Below, piece by piece: positions 9,117 through 19,436 of a stretch of 64,000 nucleotides of DNA. Position 1 is the stretch's first letter. Each line of letters starts with the position of its first letter. The DNA is from an uncultured delta proteobacterium (GTDB lineage: Bacteria > Myxococcota_A > UBA9160 > SMWR01). A model generated the notes under the pieces. It was not told the DNA's origin. It was given only the letters and a program-made list of their open reading frames with translations, and ran no database searches. The position numbers and the translations under genes were made by a program. Location: NCBI GenBank assembly GCA_963832165.1, contig CAWHTE010000007.1, positions 864,001 to 928,000 on the forward strand. Reading direction: 5' to 3'.

Positions 9117-9992
9117 ATGAGACTCTGCACCTTCGAGCATCGGGGCGAGCTCCGGATCGGCGCGGTCGTCGACGAGGAGGTGATCGACCTCGCGGCCGCC
9201 GCGCCCGAACTGCCGCGCGAGATGAGCGCGCTGCTCGCAGCGGGCGACGCGGCCCTGCGCGCCGCTGCGAACGCTGCGACGCGCGCGGTGCCGCGACTCC
9301 GGCTCGACTCCGTGCGCCTGCACGCGCCGATCCTGCGGCCCCCGAAGTTCCTCGCGATCGGTCTCAACTACGCCGATCACGTCGCGGAGGCGGGCCTCGA
9401 GACTCCGAAGGTTCCGACCGTCTTCAACAAGCAGTCGACCTGCGTCGCGGGCCCGCGCGACGCCGTGCACATGCCGCGCGTCTCGTCGGCACTCGACTAC
9501 GAGGGCGAGCTCGGCTTCGTGATCGGCAAGCGCTGCCGGCACGTGCCGCGCGCGCGTGCCCGCGAGGTGATCGCGGGATATCTGATCGTGAACGACGTCT
9601 CCGTGCGCGACTGGCAGCTGCGCGTCCCGACCTGGACGATGGGCAAGTCGTTCGACACGCACGGCCCGATCGGTCCATGGCTCACCACGGCCGACGAGAT
9701 CGAGCCGCACGGACTGCGCCTGCGCACCTGGGTGAACGACGAGCTCCGCCAGGACTCGAATACCAAGGAGCTGATCTTCGACTGCGATGCGCTCGTCGAG
9801 CATCTCTCGACCGCGTTCACGCTCGAGCCGGGTGACGTGATCGCGACTGGCACGCCGGGCGGCGTCGGCATCGCGATGAAGCCGCCCAAGCTGCTGCGCG
9901 TGGGCGACGTCGTGCGGATCGAGATCGACGGCCTCGGCGCGCTCGAGAACCCCGTGGTGGCCGAGCCCGCGGCCGCGGCGGAGGTGCGATGA
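9117..9992 (+). CDS. Fumarylacetoacetate hydrolase family protein
   Basis: IGLNYADH, LDYEGEL, NDVSVRDWQ, GKSFDTHGPIGP and TGTPGGVG motifs. Confidence 0.94.
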   Translation: MRLCTFEHRGELRIGAVVDEEVIDLAAAAPELPREMSALLAAGDAALRAAANAATRAVPRLRLDSVRLHAPILRPPKFLAIGLNYADHVAEAGLETPKVPTVFNKQSTCVAGPRDAVHMPRVSSALDYEGELGFVIGKRCRHVPRARAREVIAGYLIVNDVSVRDWQLRVPTWTMGKSFDTHGPIGPWLTTADEIEPHGLRLRTWVNDELRQDSNTKELIFDCDALVEHLSTAFTLEPGDVIATGTPGGVGIAMKPPKLLRVGDVVRIEIDGLGALENPVVAEPAAAAEVR

Positions 9993-10042
9993 CGGCCGTC
10001 GATCGCACCAACGCGTTGTCGCTGTTTGCGGAGGAGTCCTGA

Positions 10043-10960
10043 ATGGCCCTGCACCGCCTCGCTTCTGTTGCCATCGCCGCACCGCACACCGACGCCGTGC
10101 GCGCCTTCTACCGCGACTTCGGACTCGCCGAGACCGCGCCCGGGCGCTTCGCGTCCGCTGACGGCGGCGAGCAGCTGCGCATCGAGCCGGGCCCGCGCCG
10201 CCAGGTACTCGCGCTCGCGATCGGCGTCGACGACGCCGACGACGTCGCGCGCGCCGAGGCGGCGCTCAGGCGGCTCGGCGTCGCGGCGGAGCTGGGCGCG
10301 CGCGCGCTCGAGGCGGTCGAGCCCGCGACCCGCATGCGCGTGCGGCTCGAAATCCAGCCGCGGCTCGACCAGAAGCCCCCGGCGCGCCTCGCGCTGAACG
10401 CGCCGGGTCGCGTCGAGCGCGTAAACGCGCGCTCGCTCGCCGCGCCTAGCAACCTACCGGCGCACCCGCGCAAGCTCTCGCACGTGGTCATCGGATCGCC
10501 CGACGCGTCCGCGTCGCTCCGCTTCTTCGTCGATGGCATCGGCTTCCGCGTGAGCGATGCGATGCCCGGAGGGGTCGCGAGCTTCCTGCGCTGCTCGACC
10601 GACCACCACAACCTGCTCGTCCAGCCAGGCCCGGTGCCCTACCTGCACCATACCGCCTGGGAGATGGACGACCTCGATGCGGTGGGTCGCGCTGCGGCGG
10701 CGATGGTCGCAGCCGACCCCGACCGCCATGTCTGGGGTCTCGGCCGCCACGGCATCGGCTCCAACTACTTCTGGTACCTGCGCGATCCGGGCGGCGCGTT
10801 CGCGGAGTACACGAGCGATCTCGATGTGATCACGGAAGACGAAGTGTGGAAGGTGGCGGCGTCGGTGCCCGTGCACCCGCTCGCGGCGTGGGGACCGCCG
10901 GTGCCGAGGAGCTTCATCGCGCCCGACGACATCATGGCGCTCGCGCGCGGGGAGGCGTGA
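10043..10960 (+). CDS. Two-domain VOC family protein, probable extradiol ring-cleavage dioxygenase
   Basis: Metal ligands LSHVV, LHHTAW, AEY; FLRCSTDHH; GLGRHGIGSNYFWYLRDPGG. Confidence 0.85.
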   Translation: MALHRLASVAIAAPHTDAVRAFYRDFGLAETAPGRFASADGGEQLRIEPGPRRQVLALAIGVDDADDVARAEAALRRLGVAAELGARALEAVEPATRMRVRLEIQPRLDQKPPARLALNAPGRVERVNARSLAAPSNLPAHPRKLSHVVIGSPDASASLRFFVDGIGFRVSDAMPGGVASFLRCSTDHHNLLVQPGPVPYLHHTAWEMDDLDAVGRAAAAMVAADPDRHVWGLGRHGIGSNYFWYLRDPGGAFAEYTSDLDVITEDEVWKVAASVPVHPLAAWGPPVPRSFIAPDDIMALARGEA

Positions 10961-12132
10961 AGCTCGCCGTGTCTCGTCCTGAGCTCGCGGTCGATCTCTA
11001 CACCGACACGGCGATCGTGGATCCGCATCCGCTCTACCGCGCGATACGCGATCTCGCGCCCGCGGTGTGGCTGTCCGCGCACGACGTGTGGGCGATCGGG
11101 CGCCATCGCGACGTGCGCGCTGCGCTGCGCGCGGACGACGTGCTCGTCTCGGGCCGTGGCGTTGCGCTCTCCGGGTTCGTGAACGAGCAACCCGCGCGCA
11201 CGACGCTCGCGAGCGACGGGGACGTGCACCGCCGGCGCCGCGCGGTGCTCATGAAGCCGATGATGCCGAGCGCGCTCGCGCAGGTGCGGCCCACGGTCGA
11301 GCGGCTCGCGCACGAGCTCGTCGCGCGGCTGGTTGCGCGTGACTCCTTCGATGGGATCGCCGATTTCGCGCGTCACCTGCCCGTAGCCGTGGTCTCGCAT
11401 CTGGTCGGACTGCCCGAAGAGGGCCGCGAGCGCATGCTCGAGTGGGCCGCGGCCACGTTCGACGCGCTGGGTCCCGCGAACGCGCGCGCGCACGCGGCTG
11501 GCCCCGCGATGCTCGAGATGATCCGCTATGCGATCGGCGTCGAACGCAAGCGCCTCGATCCGAGCGGCTGGGCGGCGCGGCTGTTCGAGGCTGCCGAGGC
11601 GGGGTCGCTCGACCCCGAGGACGTTCCGGGGCTGCTGATCGACTACATCGCACCGAGCCTCGACACCACGATCCTCGCCGCAGGGCATCTCCTGCATCTG
11701 CTCGGCTCGCATCCCGAGCAGTGGGAGCTCGTGCGCCGCGATGCGGCGCTGATCCCCGGCGCCGTGAACGAGGCGCTGCGCTTCGAGGCGCCCGTGCGCG
11801 CGTTCACGCGCTTCGCCGCGGCGGACTACCGCGCCGACGGCGTGGAGATCGCGCAGGGCGAGCGCGTCCTCGTGCTGTTCGGGGCCGCCAACCGCGACGA
11901 GCGCCGCTATGCGGAGCCCGACCGCTTCGACGTCCTGCGCGACGCGCGCGACCACGTCGGATTCGGCCACGGAGTGCACCGCTGCGCGGGCGGACACCTC
12001 GCTCAGCTCGAGCTCGAGGCTCTCTTGCGCGCGATGGCGACGCGCGTGCGCGAGATCGAAGTGGGCGGCCCCGCGCCGCTGCTCTCGAACGTGCTGCGCG
12101 GCTACCGCAGCTTCGCGGCGTCGTTCCGATGA
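10957..12132 (+). CDS. Cytochrome P450
   Basis: Heme motif FGHGVHRCAG, ExxR (EALR), I-helix APSLDTT; GTG start overlapping the upstream TGA after GGAGG. Confidence 0.94.
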   Translation: MKLAVSRPELAVDLYTDTAIVDPHPLYRAIRDLAPAVWLSAHDVWAIGRHRDVRAALRADDVLVSGRGVALSGFVNEQPARTTLASDGDVHRRRRAVLMKPMMPSALAQVRPTVERLAHELVARLVARDSFDGIADFARHLPVAVVSHLVGLPEEGRERMLEWAAATFDALGPANARAHAAGPAMLEMIRYAIGVERKRLDPSGWAARLFEAAEAGSLDPEDVPGLLIDYIAPSLDTTILAAGHLLHLLGSHPEQWELVRRDAALIPGAVNEALRFEAPVRAFTRFAAADYRADGVEIAQGERVLVLFGAANRDERRYAEPDRFDVLRDARDHVGFGHGVHRCAGGHLAQLELEALLRAMATRVREIEVGGPAPLLSNVLRGYRSFAASFR

Positions 12133-13658
12133 GCGCGAGCGATCCGATCGACGTCGCGATCGTCGGCTACGGGCCGGTCGGCCAGCTGCTCGCGATCCTG
12201 CTCGGGCAGCGCGGGTGGCGCGTTCACGTGGTGGAGCGCTGGGACCAACCCTATCCGCTACCGCGCGCGGTCCACTTCGACCACGAGGTCGGCCGGATCC
12301 TCCAGCTCGCCGGCGTCGCGGACGCGCTCGCGGGCCGCACCGTCGCCGCGCCGAACTACGAGTGGCGCAACGCGGCCGGCAAGACGCTGATCCGCTTCGG
12401 GCGCGACACCGAGCGCAGTCTCTCGGCCTGGCCCGAGTCGAACATGGTCCGGCAGCCCGAGCTCGAGCAGATCCTCGACGAACGCGCGCGCGCGCTGTCT
12501 TCGGTCTCGGTCGAGCGCGGCGCGGAGGCGACCGGGCTCCGGATCCTTCCCGACGGCGTCGCAACCTCGGTGCGGCGCGTGGGCGAGCCGGCTCGCGAGC
12601 TCCGCGCGCGCTTCGCCGTGGGCTGCGACGGCGCGAATAGCATCGTGCGCGGGCAGATCGGCTCCGGCTGGCACGATCTCGGTTTCCACTTCGATTGGCT
12701 CGTGGTGGATGTGTTTCCAGGCGATCCGCGCTGGGACGGGCCGCTCAACTGGCAGCTCTGCGATCCCGCGCGCCCCACGACGGTCGTCTCGGGTGGGCCC
12801 GGGCGGCGGCGCTGGGAGTTCATGCGGCTTCCGCACGAATCGATCGACGACCTGAACAGCGAGGAGGCCGCGTGGCGCCTGCTCGAGCCCTGGGGCGTCA
12901 AGCCCGGCAACGCCGAGCTCGAGCGCCACGCCGTCTATACGTTTGGCGCGCGCTGGGCCGACCGCTGGCGCAACGGCCACGCGCTGATCGCGGGCGACGC
13001 CGCGCACCAGATGCCGCCGTTCGCGGGGCAGGGCATGTGCGCGGGCCTGCGCGACGCCGCAAACCTCGCCTGGAAGCTCGATCTCGTGCTGCGGGGCCAG
13101 GCGAGCGATGCGTTGCTCGACACCTACATGAGCGAGCGCGCGCCCCACGTCGCGGCTGTGATCGACATGTCCGTCGCACTCGGGAAGATCATCTGTGTCG
13201 CTGATCCCGCGGAGGCGGCCGCGCGTGATCGGCGCATGCTCGCGGACGCGCACAGCGCTCCGATCGCGGCGTCGCTGCCGCCGCTCGGGCCCGGCTGCTC
13301 CGCGGAGGGTTCGCGAGGCGCGGGTCAGCTCTTCGTGCAGGACCTCGTGCGTCACCGTGGAACGAGCGGCCGATTCGACGACGTCGTCGGGCGTGGCTTC
13401 GCGCTCGTGAGCCCCGCCGGCGATCCCGCCACCGCGCTCGATGCCGAGAGCACGGCGTTCTTCGCCTCGCTCGGCGGCATCACCGCGCACGTCGCCGCGC
13501 GCGCGCCGGTCGAGGACCTGCGCGGCGGCTACGCGCGCTGGTTCGAAGAGCACGCGGCCGCGGTGGCGCTGGTGCGCCCCGACTTCGCGGTGTTCGGAAC
13601 GGCGTCGGCACTCGACGGCGCGCGCGCTCTCGTCGCGGAGCTGCGCGCGCGACTATAA
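12129..13658 (+). CDS. MhpA-like FAD-dependent aromatic hydroxylase
   Basis: [52 protein letters not shown]-terminal LVRPD. Confidence 0.9.
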   Translation: MSASDPIDVAIVGYGPVGQLLAILLGQRGWRVHVVERWDQPYPLPRAVHFDHEVGRILQLAGVADALAGRTVAAPNYEWRNAAGKTLIRFGRDTERSLSAWPESNMVRQPELEQILDERARALSSVSVERGAEATGLRILPDGVATSVRRVGEPARELRARFAVGCDGANSIVRGQIGSGWHDLGFHFDWLVVDVFPGDPRWDGPLNWQLCDPARPTTVVSGGPGRRRWEFMRLPHESIDDLNSEEAAWRLLEPWGVKPGNAELERHAVYTFGARWADRWRNGHALIAGDAAHQMPPFAGQGMCAGLRDAANLAWKLDLVLRGQASDALLDTYMSERAPHVAAVIDMSVALGKIICVADPAEAAARDRRMLADAHSAPIAASLPPLGPGCSAEGSRGAGQLFVQDLVRHRGTSGRFDDVVGRGFALVSPAGDPATALDAESTAFFASLGGITAHVAARAPVEDLRGGYARWFEEHAAAVALVRPDFAVFGTASALDGARALVAELRARL

Positions 13659-13692
13659 TCGCCCACCTTCGAGATCCACTCGGGAGGACGCG

Positions 13693-14799
13693 ATGAAGAT
13701 CAAGGCGGCGGTGGCGTTCGAGGCGGCCAAGCCGCTCGTGATCGAGGAGCTCGAGCTCGAGGGGCCGAAGGCGGGTGAGGTGATGATTCGGCTCGCGGCC
13801 ACGGGCGTGTGTCACACCGACGCGTTCACGCTCTCCGGTCGCGATCCCGAGGGCCTGTTCCCGTCGGTGCTCGGGCACGAGGGCTCGGGCATCGTCGAAG
13901 CGGTGGGAGCCGGCGTCACCTCGGTCGCGCCGGGCGATCATGTCGTTCCGCTCTACATGCCCGAGTGTCGCCAGTGCAAGTTTTGTCTTAGCGGAAAAAC
14001 CAATCTCTGCATCACGCTGCGCGATAAGCAGGGCAAGGGTCTGATGCCCGACGGCACGAGCCGGCTCTCCTACAAGGGCCGCTTGATCCACCACTACATG
14101 GGCACGTCGACGTTTGCCGAGCGCACCGTGCTGCCCGAGATCGCGGTCGCGAAGATCCGCAAGGACGCACCGCTCGACAAGGTGTGCCTGTTCGGCTGCG
14201 CCGTGAGCACGGGGATCGGCGCGGTGCTCTACACGGCGAAGGCGGAGCCGGGCTCGATCGTGGCCGTGTTCGGACTCGGCGGCGTCGGGCTCTCGGTGAT
14301 CCAGGGCGCCGTGCTCGCAGGTGCGGACCAGATCATCGCGATCGACACCAACCCCGCGAAGTTCGCGCTCGCGAAGCAGTTCGGCGCCACCCACACGCTG
14401 AACCCCTCCGACACCGCGAATCTCGTCGAGGCCGTGCTCGAGCTCTCGGGTGGGGGCGTCGACTACTCGTTCGAGTGCATCGGGAACGTCGAGGTGATGG
14501 GCCAGGCGCTCCAGGTGGCGCACCGCGGCTGGGGCCAGTCGATCATCATCGGCGTGGCGGGCGCGGGCCAGGAGATCCACGCGCGGCCGTTTCTGCTCGT
14601 GACGGGCCGCTCGTGGCGCGGCTCGGCGTTCGGCGGCGTGAAGGGCCGCACGCAGGTGCCGAAGTTCGTCGACCAGTACATGAATCGCCGGATCAAGCTC
14701 GACGAGTACGTCACCGAGAAGCGCCCGCTCGAAGAGATCAACACCGCGTTCGAAAAGATGCACGCGGGCGAGGTGATCCGGAGCGTGATCGTCTACTGA
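13693..14799 (+). CDS. frmA: S-(hydroxymethyl)glutathione dehydrogenase / class III alcohol dehydrogenase
   Basis: [64 protein letters not shown]. Confidence 0.93.
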   Translation: MKIKAAVAFEAAKPLVIEELELEGPKAGEVMIRLAATGVCHTDAFTLSGRDPEGLFPSVLGHEGSGIVEAVGAGVTSVAPGDHVVPLYMPECRQCKFCLSGKTNLCITLRDKQGKGLMPDGTSRLSYKGRLIHHYMGTSTFAERTVLPEIAVAKIRKDAPLDKVCLFGCAVSTGIGAVLYTAKAEPGSIVAVFGLGGVGLSVIQGAVLAGADQIIAIDTNPAKFALAKQFGATHTLNPSDTANLVEAVLELSGGGVDYSFECIGNVEVMGQALQVAHRGWGQSIIIGVAGAGQEIHARPFLLVTGRSWRGSAFGGVKGRTQVPKFVDQYMNRRIKLDEYVTEKRPLEEINTAFEKMHAGEVIRSVIVY

Positions 14800-14800
14800 G

Positions 14801-15583
14801 ATGAGTCAGCTCGTATTCGATCAGCGCGTCGCCGACCAGCTCGAGGTGATGTACCGGAAGCGCGACGTGCTGCGCCGTCGCCAGCTCGTGCGCGATGCGC
14901 TCGCGTGCTCGTCCGGCGACCGCGTGCTCGACGTCGGCTGCGGCCCGGGCTTTTACGCCGCGGAGCTGCTCGAGCAGGTGGGGCCGCAGGGCTGCGTGGT
15001 CGGGGTCGATGCGAGCCCGGCGATGCTCGCGATCGCCGCGCGGCGCTGCGAAGGCCGCGGGCGCGCGACCTTTCACGAGGCGCAGGCGACGTCGCTGCCC
15101 GTCGAGAGCGGCAGCTTCGAACGCGCGCTCAGCGTGCAGGTGCTCGAGTACGTGGCCGACGTGCCCGCCGCGCTGGCCGAGATCCACCGGGTGCTGCGCC
15201 CGGGTGGGCGCGTCGTGATCTGGGACGTCGACTGGTCGACGCTCTCGTGGCACTCGAGCGATCCCGAGCGGATGTCGCGCGTGCTGCGCGCCTGGGACCG
15301 CCACCTCGCCCACCCGGCACTGCCGCGCACGCTCGCGGCCGGGCTGCGCGCGGCCGGGTTCGCCGACGTGCACGCCCAGGCGCACGCGTTCACGGCGGTC
15401 GGCTTCGACCCGGAGACCTACGGGGGGATGGCGCTCGGCCTGATCGAGAACTACGTCGCGGGGCTCGACGCCGAGTCGGCCGCGCTCGCGAAGGAGTGGG
15501 CGACCGAGCAGCGCGAGCTCGCCGAGCGCGGAGAGTATTTCTTCTGCGTCACCCAGTTCTGCTTCGCGGCGGCGCGACCCTGA
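14801..15583 (+). CDS. Class I SAM-dependent methyltransferase
   Basis: VLDVGCGPG motif I, GVDASPAML, HRVLRPGG. Confidence 0.9.
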   Translation: MSQLVFDQRVADQLEVMYRKRDVLRRRQLVRDALACSSGDRVLDVGCGPGFYAAELLEQVGPQGCVVGVDASPAMLAIAARRCEGRGRATFHEAQATSLPVESGSFERALSVQVLEYVADVPAALAEIHRVLRPGGRVVIWDVDWSTLSWHSSDPERMSRVLRAWDRHLAHPALPRTLAAGLRAAGFADVHAQAHAFTAVGFDPETYGGMALGLIENYVAGLDAESAALAKEWATEQRELAERGEYFFCVTQFCFAAARP

Positions 15584-15770
15584 TCGATCGCACGCCGCGC
15601 TAATGCGCGGCTAACACCGCCCAACGAGGGAGGCGCGGAGCCTTTCGCGGAACCGGGCGTTCTCCGACATCTCCGAGCGGCGTGCGACCCCGGTCCCGCT
15701 CGATCGAACGCACTCGGCTCTCTCCGGGCATTGAGGAGTTCCGCCCCGGCGTGTTGTCCTCCGCGCCGAG

Positions 15771-16706
15771 ATGGAGTCGGGGGGCGGAGCAGTGATCGTC
15801 CCGGAGCTCGTGGCGGCGAGCGCGCCGATGCGCGGCGTGCTCTGCGAGGTGGAGCGCGTCGCGGCGCTCTCGTCGACCGTGCTGCTGCTCGGCGAGACGG
15901 GCGTCGGCAAGGGGCTCGTGGCGCGCACGCTGCACCGCCGATCGCCGCGCCGCCAGCTCCCGTTCGTGCACGCCGACTGCGCCTCGCTCGCGCCGTCGGT
16001 ACTCGAGAGCGAGCTGTTCGGGCACGAGCGTGGCGCATTCACGGGTGCGGTCGCGCGCCGGATCGGGCGTTTCGAGCGCGCGGGCACCGGCACGCTCTTC
16101 CTCGACGAGGTCGGCGAGCTCGACGCGGCGCTCCAGGGGCGCCTGCTGCGCGTGTTGCAGGACCGCGAGTTCGAGCGCGTGGGCAGCAGCGAGCCGCGTG
16201 GGTTCGGCGCGCGGATCGTCTCGGCGACGCAGCGCGACCTCGCGGCCGACGTACGCGCGGGCAGGTTCCGCGCGGATCTCTTCTACCGCCTCGATGTGAT
16301 CCGGATCGCGATTCCACCGCTGCGCGAGCGCCGCGAGGACATCGCACCGCTGTGCGCAGCGGCGCTCGCGCGGATCGCCGCGCGACACGGCTCGGCACCG
16401 CCGCGGCTCTCCGAGTCGGCACTCGCCGCGCTCGCACAGCACCCGTGGCCCGGCAACGTGCGCGAGCTCGAGAACGCGCTCGAGCGGCTCAGCGTGCGCC
16501 ACACGGGCGCGTGGGTCGGTGCCGATGACGTGCGCGACGTGCTCGACCTGCGCGCCGCGCGCGACGACCTCGTGCGCGAGACGCCGCCCGACATCGCGCG
16601 CGCGCTCCGCGATGCCGACGGCAACGTGGCGGCGGCCGCGCGCTCGCTCGGCGTGCCGCGCACCACACTGAGGCGGCGCATCGCGCTCCTCGCGGCCGCG
16701 CGGTGA
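15771..16706 (+). CDS. Sigma-54-dependent activator (AAA+ and Fis HTH) without N-terminal sensory domain
   Basis: GETGVGK, ESELFGHERGAFTGA, LFLDEV, FRADLFYRL, WPGNVREL, C-terminal HTH. Start uncertain. Confidence 0.9.
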   Translation: MESGGGAVIVPELVAASAPMRGVLCEVERVAALSSTVLLLGETGVGKGLVARTLHRRSPRRQLPFVHADCASLAPSVLESELFGHERGAFTGAVARRIGRFERAGTGTLFLDEVGELDAALQGRLLRVLQDREFERVGSSEPRGFGARIVSATQRDLAADVRAGRFRADLFYRLDVIRIAIPPLRERREDIAPLCAAALARIAARHGSAPPRLSESALAALAQHPWPGNVRELENALERLSVRHTGAWVGADDVRDVLDLRAARDDLVRETPPDIARALRDADGNVAAAARSLGVPRTTLRRRIALLAAAR

Positions 16707-16715
16707 TTCCCGTGT

Positions 16716-17423
16716 ATGATCGCCCGCGTGGATCTCTTCGCAGCACTGCTCTGGTATGTCGCGCTGCTCTTCTCGCTGTGCTGCCACGAGGCGGCGCACG
16801 GCTGGGCCGCGCAACGCGGTGGCGATCCCACCGCCTATCTCGGCGGCCAGGTGACGCTCGATCCGCGCCCGCACATCCGGCGCGAGCCGTTCGGCACCGT
16901 CGTGGTGCCGCTGCTCGCGTTCTCGTCGGCGGGCTGGATGATCGGTTGGGCGAGCACGCCCTACGACCCGCACTGGGCGATCCGCTACCCGCGCCGCGCG
17001 GCGTGGATGTCGCTCGCGGGTCCCGCCGCGAATGCGGCGCTCGTGCTCGCGGCCGCGCTCGCGATCCGGGTCGGGATCGCGGGTGGCGTGTTCGACGCGC
17101 CCGTCTCGATCGGTTTCCAGCGCGTCGCCGAGAGCGCGCTCGGTGGCGCGTGGGAGACGACGGCCATGTTCGTCTCGATCCTGTTCACGCTGAACCTCGT
17201 GCTGCTCGTGTTCAATCTGATCCCGGTGCCTCCGCTCGACGGCGCCGGAGCGATCGGGCTTCTCTTGCCCGAGCGGCTCGCGCTGCGGATGCAGATGGTG
17301 TTCGCGCGGCCCGCGTGGGCCTTCTTCGGCCTGCTCGTCGCGTGGTTCGCGATGGGGCGCCTGCTGCCGCCCGTGCACCGCGCGGCGATCCGGCTGCTCT
17401 ATCCCGAGCTCGGATACTCCTGA
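16716..17423 (+). CDS. Site-2 protease (peptidase M50)
   Basis: HEAAH, AGPAAN and FNLIPVPPLDG motifs; true start may be GTG 16728. Confidence 0.92.
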   Translation: MIARVDLFAALLWYVALLFSLCCHEAAHGWAAQRGGDPTAYLGGQVTLDPRPHIRREPFGTVVVPLLAFSSAGWMIGWASTPYDPHWAIRYPRRAAWMSLAGPAANAALVLAAALAIRVGIAGGVFDAPVSIGFQRVAESALGGAWETTAMFVSILFTLNLVLLVFNLIPVPPLDGAGAIGLLLPERLALRMQMVFARPAWAFFGLLVAWFAMGRLLPPVHRAAIRLLYPELGYS

Positions 17424-17424
17424 G

Positions 17425-18498
17425 CTACGAGGACCCGCGATAGACGAACGGCTGCGTGGGCTCTGCCGCGGCCTCGCGCGCGCGCAGGATCACGTCGTGC
17501 GCGGGCGCGAGCGAGCAGGCCGGGTCGGTGGCTGACGCGTCGCCCGTGAGCGCGAACGCCTGACAGCGGCACCCGCCGAAATCGCGCGTGCGCTCGGGGC
17601 AGTCGCGGCACGGCGCGGGCATCCACGCCTCGCCGCGGAATGCGTTCATGCCGGGTGCATCGGTCCAGCACGACGCGAGCGAATGCTCGGGCCAGCACCA
17701 GAAATCGAGCCCGGGCAGCTCGGCCGCGCCGTGACACGGCAGCACGCGCCCGTCGGGTGCGATCACGACGCTCTGTCTTCCCCATCCACCCATGCACGGC
17801 TTCGGTCGGTCGCGGTGATAGTCGGGCAGCACGAACAGGATCTCGAGATCGCGCGTCTCGCGGCGCAGGCGCGCGACAGTCTGGGCCGCGTCGTCGAGCT
17901 GCGCGCGCGTGGGCAGGAGCGCCGCGCGATTGCGCAGCGCCCAGCCCTGGTATTGTGCGTTCGCGAGCTCGAGCCGCGCCGCGCCGAGCCGCTGCGCGAG
18001 CGCGGTGATCTCGGCCACGCGCGAGAGATTGTGCCGGTGCAGCACCACGTTCAGCGTGAGCGGAAGACCGAGCCCGCGCGCGGCGTCCGCGAACGCGAGC
18101 TTCGCCTCGAAGCACTCGGTGCCCGCGATCGCGTCGGAGGCCTCGGCTTCCGCATCCTGGATCGAGAGCTGCACGCTGCGCAGCCCCGCGCGCGCGAGCG
18201 CGGCGAGCCCGTCGCGGTCGAGCGTCGTGCCCGCCGTCACGAGATGGGAGTAGAGCGACGCCCGGCTCGCGCCCGCGACGATCTCCTCGAGATCGGGGTG
18301 CAGCGTCGGCTCTCCGCCCGTGAGCCCCACGTGCACCGCGCCGAGCGCGGCCGCCTCGCCGAACACGCGCGACCAGGCGGCGCCGTCGAGCCCGTCGCGC
18401 ACGGCGCGATAGCCGATCGGGTTCGAGCAGTACACGCAGCGCAGCGGGCAGCGATAGGTGAGCTCCGCGATCAGGTTGTAGGGGCGCGGCGCGCTCAC
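17425..18498 (-). CDS. pqqE: PQQ biosynthesis radical SAM protein PqqE
   Basis: AELTYRCPLRCVYCSNP, KPCMGGWG, SPASM CRDCPERTRDFGGCRCQAF. Confidence 0.95.
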   Translation of the reverse strand: MSAPRPYNLIAELTYRCPLRCVYCSNPIGYRAVRDGLDGAAWSRVFGEAAALGAVHVGLTGGEPTLHPDLEEIVAGASRASLYSHLVTAGTTLDRDGLAALARAGLRSVQLSIQDAEAEASDAIAGTECFEAKLAFADAARGLGLPLTLNVVLHRHNLSRVAEITALAQRLGAARLELANAQYQGWALRNRAALLPTRAQLDDAAQTVARLRRETRDLEILFVLPDYHRDRPKPCMGGWGRQSVVIAPDGRVLPCHGAAELPGLDFWCWPEHSLASCWTDAPGMNAFRGEAWMPAPCRDCPERTRDFGGCRCQAFALTGDASATDPACSLAPAHDVILRAREAAAEPTQPFVYRGSS

Positions 18499-19436
18499 GT
18501 GTGTGCGCGCTCGCGCTCGAGTACGCCGAGCCGCACCATCTCGTCGAGGAAGTCGTGCACGTCGTCGGCGATGCGCTCGGCGTCCGGGTGGCGCTCGCGC
18601 ATCGCGGCTGCAATCGCGATTCCCGTGTGCTCTCCATCGCAATGCGCGAGGATCTCTCGCGCGCTGCCCGAGAGCTTCACCGCACGCTCGGGCAGCACCA
18701 CGAGCGGCTCCGGATCTTCGAGCCGCGGCTGCGCCGCGCGCGCGAATCGCGGCGCCGCGTGCGCGGCCTCGATCGCGTCGAGCAGGCTCCAGAGGATCTC
18801 GCACTTGCGCTCGAGCGCGGCCGCGCAGCGGTCCTGGTCGGCGAGCGTAGTCGCGCGCTCGCGCACGAAGTCGAGCGCGTAGCGCGCATCGCTCGGCGCC
18901 TGCACGGTCCGGCTGCGGAAATAGCGCAGGCCGTCCGCGTCGACCCACGGATAGTGCTTCTCGAAGGCCGCGATCCGCTCGGCCATGATGTCGCCCGCGA
19001 ACATCTCCGTGAGCGAGGCCGCCACCGACTCGAGCAGGTCGTGGCTCTCGACGAACTCGACGTACGCGTCGCACGCGCGTCGCACGCCCGGGAGTACGTC
19101 GGCAAACGACGCCACTTGCTTGGCGTCGAGCCCGACCGCGCGCGCGAGTGCGAGCCAGAGCGCGAGTCCACCCTCGCGCTCGGGAGTTCCGTCGTGGTCC
19201 TGGATCCGCCCGATCCAGTCGCGCCGGAACGCGGGATCGCCCGACTTCGAGAGGATCAGACCGTCCTTCTTCGGGATGCGCGTCTGGTAGTAGTAGCGGT
19301 TGGCGACCCAGCTCCGGAGCTCGCCGCGCGAGAGCGTTCCCGCGTGCATGCGCAGATTGAACGGGTGACGGTGGTGGTAGCGTTCGGCGCCGATCGCGCG
19401 CAGCCGTCTTTCGAAGGTGTCGCCGCGCGAGCTCAC
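18495..19436 (-). CDS. pqqC: Pyrroloquinoline-quinone synthase PqqC fused to C-terminal PqqD
   Basis: RYHHRHPF, WVANRYYYQTRIPKKD, RIQDHDG, SLTEMFAG, KCEILWSLLD, then PqqD-like VVLPERAVKLSGSAREILAHCDG. Confidence 0.93.
   Translation of the reverse strand: MSSRGDTFERRLRAIGAERYHHRHPFNLRMHAGTLSRGELRSWVANRYYYQTRIPKKDGLILSKSGDPAFRRDWIGRIQDHDGTPEREGGLALWLALARAVGLDAKQVASFADVLPGVRRACDAYVEFVESHDLLESVAASLTEMFAGDIMAERIAAFEKHYPWVDADGLRYFRSRTVQAPSDARYALDFVRERATTLADQDRCAAALERKCEILWSLLDAIEAAHAAPRFARAAQPRLEDPEPLVVLPERAVKLSGSAREILAHCDGEHTGIAIAAAMRERHPDAERIADDVHDFLDEMVRLGVLERERAHT

Noticed and set aside
15584..15770. Possible location of pqqA
   Set aside because: No short ORF with SD and E-x-x-x-Y seen here or upstream of pqqB.
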